A stretch of 64,000 nt of DNA from Diadema antillarum (Eukaryota): contig NW_027271158.1 in assembly GCF_040938485.1 (NCBI RefSeq), forward strand, positions 1,054,001 through 1,118,000, in the 5' to 3' direction. Below the pieces are notes generated by a model. That model did not search any database. It had not been told where the DNA came from and saw only the letters and a list, made by a program, of their open reading frames with translations. This document shows, one piece after another, positions 37,501 to 49,500 of this stretch. Each line of letters starts with the position of its first letter. Positions within the stretch are counted from its first letter, which is position 1. Position numbers and translations under genes: made by a program.

Positions 37501-40500
37501 AGGGGCCTCTCAAGAGGGACATGGTGCCCATTTGAAGGAATTGAGATTCTATCCCCATAGGGATGTTACCTGCTAAGTTTGGTCAAAATTCATCATGAGG
37601 TTTTTCAAGAAGAAGATGATCATGTACAATTCAGGCTCCATTACAACTGCAGGACTTCTCCCCATCCCTCTCCTGGGTCCCAAGGGGGGGGGGGGGGGGG
37701 GGGGGGGGGGCACCCCTGACTCCGCCAACCCCATGAACAAACTTGAAACTACAGTCATCAATGTACTAACTCATAGTATCATCTAAGCCCTAATCACTTC
37801 TGGTTCTAGAGAAGATTTTTAAAGGTTCCTTAATTTTAGAGGGTTTGGGCCCCCTGGGGACCCCCCAGGTGGGCCATGGTGCCCATTTGAACAAATTGAG
37901 ATACTATCCCCCTAGGGATGCTACCTACCAAGTTTGGTTAAAATCAGACATGGCGATCTCAAAGTGAAGATGAAAATGTACAATTTAGGCCCCATTAGGA
38001 CCCCTCCCCGGCCCCCTCCCCTGGGTCCCAAGGGGGGCACCCCTGATTCCCCCATGAACAAACTTGAAACTACAGTCATCAATGTACTTACTCATAGTAT
38101 CAATTAAGCCCTATCACTTCTGGTTCTAGAGAAGAAGATTTTTAAAAATTCCTTAATTTTAGTGTGTTTGGGACCCCTGGGGCCCCCCAGGTGAGCCATG
38201 GTGCCCATTTGAACAAATTGAGATCCTATCCCCCTAGGGATGCTACCTGCCAAGTTTGGTGAAAATCGGTCATGGGGTTCTCAAGAAGAAGATGAAAATG
38301 TAAAAAGTTTACGCACGACGGACGACGGACGACGCACGACGCACGACGCACGACGCACGACGCACGACGCACGCCGGACGAAGAGCGATCGCAATAGCTA
38401 ATAAGCCAAATCGAATCCTGTTTGACTCATCATCCCCTTACTGGCCTCAGAGTAAATCTGCCACCTTTAGGTGTCAGACACTGTCCCTCTTCTAGGAAAT
38501 TGTTGTGACTAAAGGAAAATTGTGTCAGCATAAAATATATCATGCAGGATAAGGACAACATAGCTATACTACAAATAATCTACATACTGCCTTGTATGGC
38601 ACAGATGCCATGTCACACAAAATTTATCACAGGGTATCGGAATCTCTGGATTCTTCAATACTTCAAACTTTAAAATCTGTATCATCATTAACTTCATACT
38701 TTTAGTGGTGCATGGATGGTGACTTGAATCTTACTGATAGTCACAATCAGTATGTCCACACGCATAGAATAAAACGTTTTTTGAGTCCTGATTCAAATAA
38801 TGACCCAAATAATCGCGACTAGTGGTAATTGTGTGAATGGGTCTATTGTGTGACTGACAAAATACAAACAAATTATCTTCCCAGGCTCTCACCTTGGCAT
38901 CTTCGAAGGCGTACTCCTTCTTCTTCCCATTGGTCAGTTTGATTGCCAACTTGGTGTTGCTGGTCCTCGACTTTATGAGCTGGGCAACTATGGTGGAACA
39001 AAAGAGAAAATCATGAAAGAACAAGGAAATACATCACAAAGGATATAAAGAAGACAAGAACCATTTTGTGACAAGGATAACCATGGAAGCAGAGCTAGAG
39101 GATAAGACATGGCATACAGGTTAATGTTCCCCTAATCTAACTTCTCAGAGATTTATGAAAATTGACCTCTACTAATTATAACGTTGTGTGTCAATCTGAC
39201 ACTCCTGAGAATTAGATCTATTTCATAAGTTGGTATATTGCAGAGGTGGGCTATTAGGACCTTTCCTTACAATGATAGAACAGGAAACTTCTTTTTGATG
39301 GAGGGGGAAACAATAGATTTCCAGTGAATTTATTCAGTCTACCCCCCCCCCCCAAAAAAAAAAAAATCCAACTGTTATTCTCTGTACAAAAGGGGAGCAT
39401 ATTCTTGAGTGACAATGGTTAGTTTTTCATTTTTATTCACAAAAAAAAAAAGGTCTGAGGTGTATTACTGGTAGAACAGTGATGCCAAACATTATTCCTC
39501 AATCATACAAAATTTTGTGATATATTTGCAAAAGGGGTTCACAACATTTGCAATGGAAAAATGGTGACCATGAACTGGACCTTTCCACTTTCAAAATAAC
39601 TGAGATAAGCTGCCTCAATGATGAATCCCTCTAAAAAGTTCTTGAAGTGTCCCTTATTTGATAAGTCTTGAGTTTTGCTCAGTCTCATTAAAACTCTTAT
39701 CAGTTGTCATCATCATACCAGATCTTAACTTCGCCAGTTGCATTTGTTTCTACTCTACTCATTAAAGGGACTGAACAGTACTGGTTGAGGTGAGGATTCA
39801 TGTTTATAACATTCCTAAGTGAGATATTATGAGAAACCTCTTCTGAAATATGTAAGAGCATGTAATTTTAAAAACGATTCAACATTTATTTGATGAAAAT
39901 TGGTTTTCAAATGGCTGAGATATCAAAAAAGTGATAATAATAAAAGATGACAGGCCACGCCTTTCATTCGGATCTCTTTGTTTCACTTGTTTTTTGATAT
40001 CTCATCCATTTCAAAACCAATTTTCATCAAATAAACTTTTGATTCCCTTAGAATTACATGCTCTTTGACATCTCATAGAGTGGTTTCTGAATATCTCGCA
40101 GAACGTTAAAAGCTAAATCCTCACCTCAACCAGAACTGTACAGTCTCTTTAACCTCGAAAACATTGTGGAGCTTTAAAGTGATAATGAAGCCAATCAAAG
40201 TTACGACTGTCAGTAATACCCACCCAGAGGGGGGATCTATCACCCACTGATAGTGACATGGGGGGGAAGGGGGGGGGGGAGGACACCAGATCTGGCAGTC
40301 AGTCACTAATCCCTCGCTAATCCCCTTGCAAATCACTCAAATATTTCCTCACAGCTGAGAGAGATGACTAAAAAATTCAGATGGGGAATGATCTGCCAGA
40401 CTAATCAGCCCTACGGGGGAGCAGAGGGGAGATTTCACGAAAGGCTTTGCAGCTTCTGTCAAGCAAAATCATCATTTTTCTATTTTCGTTTCAGATTGGG

Positions 40501-43500
40501 CCTGCCCCCTCTGCCCCCTCCCCCAGCGACTCATTGCAATGTTATAATGTAATGATTTTTATTTTTGTTAGCTTGAATGTCACTCTGGATGTGCAATTCA
40601 ACGCCATGTTTAAGTCGGTTGTAACGAATGAAGAGGAAAATCATATGAACAAAACAATCATAATACTGATAATATAGTGCTCGTATAGCACCTACACAAT
40701 CACTGCCATTAATTGCATTGCTATGTGCTTTAAGGACAAACAACAAAAAACCAGCTACAAATGTAAATGCTATCAAATGCAAACATACAATTAACTCATT
40801 CAAAATGTTTGTGAAATAAAAATGTTTTCTCCATATGGTTGTACAGAAAGGTTGAAGTTTCATCAAAATCAGACCTACAGTTTATGAAATTACTTGATTT
40901 TAACATTTTTAATGTTTTAATGAATCAGTGATATCAGTCACAGCCACGTATTCAAATTGGCAATGGTGATGACATCATCAACTCACAAGTCTCCCACTGA
41001 GCTAAACAAAAACTTATATTTCCATAGTTTTACATGATTCTTACATGAAATCCATTGAAATAAAATGTATATATCCTTCATGTCAAACTACTGTAGTCAT
41101 GTAAAACCCTAGCAATGACAATTTTACAGGGAAAGAGATCAACCAAAAGCATGATTTCAATCAAATTTTTTGTGTGCAAAAGAGCTGGAGAATTCTGAGG
41201 GTGATGAAATCACCACTCCAGCCGATATGTGTACACATGGTTGTAATCATAATTTCTGTTAGGTCAAAACATTTGAAACAAGTGTTACTTTGTAATAATT
41301 TCATATTATTTCAATACAGTAATTAAGTGAAATGAAATGAACTATTCAAAATGAAATTCGGATGAAATGAATACTCACGTTTGTCATGTGTCAACATCTG
41401 GACCTCTTCGTTCATCTCCTTCCCAGTGATTTTCGCCACGACTAGCTGGCCTGTCGCCATGTCGACGGTCAGCTTGACCTTTGGATGGGTCAGCGCGGGG
41501 ACATTCAGTACTTTGACCTGTAACAGAAGAAAGGTGGGGGGGGGGGAAATTGTCATGTTGACCTTGACTAGCTTGGTATTCTTGCAATAGTCATAAGATA
41601 TAGGTCAGGGCCACATGCAAGACTGAAAATACCTCTTTTATAATTTTTTCAACACCATGGCTCTTTCACAAACAGAGGAGGGACATCAGTTTTACTAAAT
41701 TTTGCCTCACTACCTTATTACTATTACTGTGAAACTTTCTGGCTATATTTCATGAGTTCTGGCATTATCTGTTTTATGTCATCTTTAATAAACACTACGA
41801 TAATCTGATTCATTCTAACATCACATTGCTTCATGATTAAGGCAAGAATGCATCACACCATATGTCATTACTTCACAATGTTTTTAATTTCCTGAATTTC
41901 ACAAGACGACTGGTATTTGCAAAATGAAGACTGTGCAAAAAACATTGCCTATAATAGGAAAAATATGATGTATTTCATCTCAAATGTGGGATATCACTGC
42001 TAACTAACAAGGTGGAGATGCTTGGAATTGCTGTATACCGGTAGGTATTAAAATAATCTCTTTCTTTAATAGGCATGATGATGAAGCTATGAATGAACGA
42101 TAGAAAAATCATCACCCTGGTCAAGATAAAACAGTTGACAACTATTATGTGCTCTTTTGAAGGAGTACTTTATAATCTTTTTTCTATGTTTTTCATTTTT
42201 TTTTTCAGTGGCATTCCATTGTGCTTTTGTGAGCATCCCAAACCATTTCTATTAATTCATAGTACATTTTTACAAGCATAATTATATATATTTTTTCTTG
42301 ACTTTGTTTGTCCGAAATGGCTGAACATAATATACGAAGTTTCAATTCAGATTCACCTCAAACTAATATAAGTATTGAGACAAAATCATTCCACCGATTA
42401 GTTCAATCATAATGCATCTTTCCTCCTCTTTCCTTTTCCCTCACCTCAAATGGTGTAGGAAGAATATTCCTTGTCGGAATCTCCCGGTGACTCCGAATGG
42501 CTGAGGTCATACTGTCTGGTGTGGCCATGTATGTCGCGGGTTCATCCTCATCGAAGTCGTCATCATCATCACCATTGATCTCCTCCGTACCACGGGAGTG
42601 GCCCTCGGACAGGGGCAAGCTGGGGGCGTGTGACGACCGGTTGTCCACTGCTGGTTTGTGGAGGTCACTCAGCGTGGCTTTGACCTGGGGCAGGAAAGGA
42701 AATGTCATGACATCTATCCGTAACTTAACCCTTTGAGAACGGGCTGATTTTGCTACAACATGCATTTCCCATAGACATCTGCCCGAGTATACTCGGGACT
42801 TGTCCTAAACGGGTCAAAGGGGTACTCCCCAGACCAGTCAAAATTTAGTCTAAAAAGAAGGAGTAAAATCTTTTCTAGCACAACAGTGAAAATTTGATGA
42901 AAATTGGATAGAAATGAGGGAATTTTATGAAAATGTGAAGCTTCCCTTGTTTTCTTCCCTTGTTTTCAGAAAAATAGTTCTTGAACTGTCAATATGAATA
43001 GGCAAATGATATGATGATGTCATTGCCTCACAACTTGTCTAAAGTGTGTACATAAAATCTAGAAATTTTAAGTTCAAATCCTAACATATCTTTCAGTGAC
43101 TGACCATTACTTTGAAGTTATTCGGCATGGAGTTACATAATGGTTTACACTTTTATGGCAGAAAAAATTGATTTTCATCATTTTTTTTGTGCACAATCAA
43201 TGGGAAATTGTGAGGTAATGAAATCATCAGCTCACTCATTTGCATATTCATATCAACTGTTTGAGAACTAATTTGCACGAGACATGAAAACTCGTCACAT
43301 TGAGGACGAGTTAGGTGATACGCTTGTGGTCATCAGATGACAGTCATCTGTGATCGACAAAGAAAAGAATGTGATATAGGCACCTTGAAGTTATATTGAG
43401 CGTGCATGCGAAACCGTTTCTGTAACCACTCGGCCACGGGTCATCCACGGAAATGGTAAGACAAAAAAAAATAATGTATAGATATAACAGGGGGAAAGTC

Positions 43501-46500
43501 AATGCCCACTCAACTAACGTGGCCGTGTGAACATCTATTGCATTGCTAGACGGAAAAGCGGCCTTGTAACGACTGAGGTCGCTATGCCATTTCTGGCAAC
43601 TTGGGAAAAAAATACGTCCCGCAGACATAAAACCTATAATCGGCTGGTTTTCATACCTTGCCTTTAATCACAATTTTCAGTGTAATGACGTCATCAAATT
43701 ACAAAACGATGACATCGTCTTGAAAGACAATTGTTCAAAGTACAACACCTCAGTCGTCGTCATTACATACTATGATCGGTTTGACAAAGTCAACCTGCAA
43801 AATGTTGCTGCAGTCGAAGCAATGTGGTCTCCAACACACAAAAAGAGGGATATGGCGTGTGTGTGTGTCTGTGTGTGTGTATAGGTGCGTTTATATACGA
43901 ACGTGATTTCTACATGGACGAATATAGAATACAAATTGAAGAAAAAAAAGTAAAATAAAAAAAATTGTTTCGAGATCTTGTGGGGTTCGAACCCGCAATC
44001 TCACGTCTCTGAGACGGCGCCTTTAACCACTCGGCCATACGTCTCGACGAGAAAATATGGGGAACGTAAACTTATGTATGTGAAAGATACATGTGAAATC
44101 GTTTTGTCTACATTCCATTTTCATTTTCAGTTTTGAACTGCAAAATTGTCAATCAGATGAGGAGATTTCAAAGAATAAAATGCATGATTACTGCAGCTTA
44201 TTGTCTCAGCTACAACATACTAAAGTTTCAGAGGAAATGAAGCAAAATCAGCTGAGATAAAGGTGCTTAAACGTTGTTAAGTCAATGCATGGTTTAAAAA
44301 AAAATCACCTCCCATAGACAATACACGTAAACTTGTCCGATTTTGCGTCTTTACCTTTAATCACAATTTAAGGTATGATGACGTCATCAAATATCAAAAG
44401 CATGACATGGACTTAAAAGGCAAATGTTCAAAGTACAACATATCTGAATTTGGGATAATATTGAGCTTAAACAACAGAGATACGAGCAAATGAATGTCAG
44501 AAACAGTACCTTAACAAAATTAATTCCACTTTTTTGATTTCAGATGACGATATGATGACGTCATAATGTAATTATGGAAATAATGATACTTGAAACGTTA
44601 TGTCCAATTTATATGCTTTTGTAATATGCAATAAAAACATAGGGTAACCTGACGTTTTAAAGAGCTATGGCGAAATAAACAAAGACATGTTTTTTCACTA
44701 TATTTGCACATAGACGCGCAGGCGAAATTTGAACTTTGACGCAAGTGCATTCCTTTGTTATTTGTCAGAATCGATCAGAAATCAATGGATATTGTTACTC
44801 AAAGTATCAGGAATCCAAATCAGTCAAAAAAAGTGCATTTTCATGTTACTGACGCGCTGTGCGCGCGAAAACGCGCGGACGGACGCGCACGCGCAAAATC
44901 GTTTGAAACGCTTAAAATTGTCTGAAACTTCGAGATTTCCCATTGGAAAGTTGTTTTGAGCCTTTTAAAAGTTTGACGCGCGCTTACGTGTCCTAGATGA
45001 CGTCCTAGGTAATTAGCATCAGAGAAAGAAAGATAGAGCGTGACCTGAACTTTATGTCCACAAAAAATGATACAGAAATGACCTTTAGTTATGAAGTTAT
45101 GATCGATCATGTAACATGGTCCGAAAATCACAAAATGGCGCCTAGATGACGTCATAGAGACGTTAATGTCATGAAAACCTTATTGTGGCTAGATATTGTT
45201 ATGAGACATGTTCCCTGAAAATGTCATGTTATTCCGTAATGTCATTCTTGAGATATTGATGACACAAAATTGTCCAGAAAGAAAGAAGAATAAAAAGAAA
45301 TAAAGAGAGATTTTGACAATCACAATAGGTGATACGCTGATAGCGTATCACCTAAAAAATGAGAGAATCTTTAAAATTGCAAAACTTTGTTACAATTAAT
45401 CTGATTTTGATCAAATTTTCACCGTTGTGCTTGGAACATTTTACTCTTTCTTCTCAGACTAATTTGAACCTGGCCTGCAATTCTGCCATATAAGGCATCA
45501 GCACAGGCGATATCTGCACAGTGATATAAGACAAAAGACGAACAGCAGATGTCAAATTTGTCTCCCTTTATCAGGGCCCCGTTTTATCAAAAGATAAAAT
45601 CGATTTTAAATGTCCTTACCACACAGGTTGCCATAGACTTAGAGTTGAAATCAACTTTATAATCAATTTTAACTCTTCATAAAACAGGGCCCTGGACTTG
45701 TATCTTATAAAATGACGCAATCTGTAATATCAATGTAGATGTCCATGTAATGCTCTTCAGATTGCAAACAGATGGGGAGGGAAGGCACAGGGAGGAATGC
45801 AGGAGCTGAGATGGAATCTAGTTCAGGAGGAATTTCTGAGCAATACTGAGACATATTTTTAATGTTTTGTAGTAATTTCCTTCTGCATAAACTAACATAT
45901 ATAAATGCCTGGTATACAAGACATCAACTATTAATAAACTTACTGTGTTATAGAGCACGGTTATTTTCTTTTCACAGTTAGTGTTTTATGACCGTATCTT
46001 TTATCCTGTCCTAAGATTTACCTGAATCATCTGTACACCTTTGAACCGAGTTTTGTCACTGATTTTCTTTCTTTTTTAATCTGGAATTGAGTTGGAAATA
46101 TAATTATTCATTAAAAAATCTATGACACCAATGACTCGACAAATGCGAAACAAAAGAAAATCTTTGTTTTATCAGTGGCTTCCACAAAGAAAGCCTCACT
46201 TTTGATCATCAGAAAACACATGGTATGATATTATCATTTTAATAGTAGTAAATTGTATGACAGTAAACCAATCTGTAAGACATGTATACAACACATATAC
46301 TTCCACATCTGAAGCACCATTTGAGTTCCTTAGCTCTTAGCTTTATGAGAATTTTCACAAACTCAAAAGCACAGTAAAACTTTTCATGTTTCTCTCTAAA
46401 AGTATCCCTACAAAAATTGTCAGTGTTCTTTCACTATATTTTGACATTATTAGCTTCATGAAAGACACGTTTTTCTTCACAGAACTTTTCCTCTGCTGAA

Positions 46501-49500
46501 CACAATGTTAGTCTCATTAAATGGTTGACCTTTAACCTTTACCGAAAAGACTAACCTTTGACTCCAAGCTCTTGACCTGTTTCTCACATTCCGCAAAGCG
46601 CTTGTAGAGATTTTCTGGGCTGCTCTCGTACTCCGGCTAGTGATAAAATGGGATCAACAAAATGGCCACATGATATGATATCAAGATTTTCAAACACAAA
46701 TGTTTGTTTTCTAATCTTCCACAAAACACTACTTTATACTTAGTGGAAAGTGCGCATGCATCTATTACAACAGAAAATGCGAATGCATGTCAGTAACACT
46801 GAAACTATTATCATATTATTTACAAAGCATTTTACACTATCGAAAGGTATCACCTTCTAAAAGGTACCAACCACTCAAGTAAGTGTCATTAGATTTTGAA
46901 TAATGGTGAGCTTTGAGGAGGATATGAGCCAAATACATTATGTTCTTTTATATCAAAAGTTTTGAAACGAATTGTGATTCTCACATAAAATAAATCTCTT
47001 CTAAATACTGTAAAACCAGAAATGTTTGCATGCATGAAACTTTTGCAAGGGGCGGATTCACGAAAGTGAAATGCATGTGAAAGTTTTTGCCCACTATACT
47101 TATAATTTTTTGATTGTCATCAATTTTGCAGTAAGTCTTAAGCTTACATGGCTGAATATATTGCCAGTGTGGTAAAAAGTATAACAACACTATGCATGCA
47201 CCTCTACACCAATGAAAAAGAAGCTCATATTGATTTTTCATGGTATTTTGAGAAGAATCACAGTTTAGTTTCGATATGGACCTTATAGTGATTTGAGTAA
47301 ACTTTCTTGGACAAGGATACGGCCACATGTGAATCATTTGCAGGTTATAGTAAATGTTCAGCTTACACAATAAACAAAACAAAAAATGGAGCAAATCTAA
47401 TTGGGAACTCTTACCACTTCTTGCAGGGTGAATTTCTTGTTTGATGGGAGCTGTACGTCAAACAGACACTGCATTGCATCAAGCTGCAGCTGAAATATCC
47501 TCAGTTGCCTGGAGTGAATTTGAAAAAAAAAAAATAAACATAAACGACAAGATTTGATGAAAAACTGATATCATTTTGTTTTTAACCCTGTGTCAAGCAA
47601 AACGTAACACTGTGCGCATATACACAATCATATCTTTTGGTATACATCTATGTGTGTAATATGTTTTTACTCATTACAGCAAAGATAAAGATTGTTTGAT
47701 ATACTCATATCTTGTACCTGTGTAACTTTTCTTTCGAGCAGATGGTTTCAGCAACAAAGAAAAGGAAGAAAGAATTTGTCTTTCAATTGATATACGAATG
47801 CCAAAGAGGAAGTTCACTGCACCATCCAAGCACTGAAGGTTACTTGTGGTTTTTTTCAAAAGAGATTTTTCAGTGGGGCTTAGTGAAGTTCTGCAAATCT
47901 TCCCTCTGCTCCCCTTTCCTCCAACTTGGCACCCAGATGAATAGAGATTTACTCTGTGCGACCACTGGGGGCATACTTGAGGAGGCCGCCCGGACGTCGT
48001 CAAGATCACGATAAAATGAATCTGACAACATCATTGTCCTGCGTGAGCATTCTGACACCACGCAGTGGGTGTATAGTGCTGGGGTTTGCACGCCCCCCTC
48101 GGGAGGCAAGAACTGCGAGCGTTGCCACGGTAACGAGGTTGGGTAAATGTGAGGAGGAAATTGCACAGATGGAGAAGAGAGCCTCCAAGGTCAGATCGTG
48201 GCTTTCTTCATGCTATTCTCCCAAACTAATGTCATGACAGTAGATGTCTGTCATAGGCAACATTCATCCCAGCGTTTATGTCAAATGGAATGAAAAGGCA
48301 GGTATTGCAGATTTCCTACATTTCTCATAAAAACCATGATGCGAACTGACAGTAACAAATGTCACTCTATTATGGCCTAATTTTTCCAACCATCAGATAC
48401 AGCAGTGCTAAGTCTGAGCCTTGTCTTTATTTACATACTGTATTTGTGCATGTAAATAATCAGTTATACAGCTAGGCTTTGTTATACTCACAATATATCT
48501 TACAAACAAACTACTGCACCTCTTAGGGGGAAATTCCATCATGTTGCTTTGTATAAAAATAGGAAAGTCAGAGACATAGATCAGTGAAAATATGAGAAAA
48601 AAGTAATCAGACACACAAAACAAGCTATGAAGTGAAAAAGTTTAGAGTTTAAGACAAATTGGCAATTCAGTGTGATGTACACATATTAAGCAGCTCTCCA
48701 TTCAATATGTACACAAAAACTCACCAATTTCCATTTTTGCCCCCTCCCCCCCCCCCAAAAAAAAAAAAATTGTTTTGAAACCTGTTCTTGGTTGGTATGT
48801 ACAATTTGTAGTGAGAATAAAGTATGTTTTTGTATGTCCTCCTCAGCATTTAAGTTCTGTTTATGCAAAAATATTTGAGAAAAATGGAAATTGGTACATT
48901 TTTTGTACAAACTGAATGCAGAACTGCTCAATACCTACCGGTACTTGTACATTATACATGTCAACTATTCATACCCTCCAAACTTTTGTAGTTCATAACT
49001 CTTTCTTTATGTCTGATGTTTTTTCTCCCATATTTTCATTGATCTACTTCCCTAATTTTTCTGTTTTCATATTCAAAACAACATAATATTTGGATGGGAT
49101 TTCCCTTTCAAGACATTTGATTATCACAATGCTTCCATGGTTTTTTGGGTTTTTTTTTTTTTTTTTGAGTTGCTTGGTCCTACATATGCCTGGTGTGTTA
49201 TTAAAGATGAAGGTATGACCAAAAAAAAAGGAAAAAATTGCTGTTAAATATAACTGTTCACTGCCTTTAAAAAAATGATAAAAATCTACAAATGGCCACA
49301 ATTAATTAACTCAAGATTTCCAGCAAGCAGCTATCTTAGAAAATCTGTTACGAAATTCATTTGAAAGGATAGTAATATTTGTTCATAGAAGATATTTGAT
49401 CAAATATAATTTGATACTGACAGAGTAATCTCAAATTCTTTTCTAAATCTGAGTGTTGTTTCATCTGTTTGAATATGATTATACAAAGCTTGGTCAGCAA

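Larger units (their letters stand above)
42818..45490. mobile_element. Kolobok-like MITE (family D) split by a Helentron insertion: halves 42818-43286 and 45360-45490
   Basis: About 75-bp imperfect TIRs: ccagtcaaaatttagtct..gagtaaaat..agcacaacagtgaaaatttgat vs atcaaattttcaccgttgtgct..attttactc..agactaatttgaacctgg. Confidence 0.7.

Noticed and set aside
37376-38300. CRISPR-like array of recurring repeats
   Set aside because: Repeats are parts of ~320-360-bp homologous tandem units, not unique spacers; eukaryotic HINE context; no cas genes
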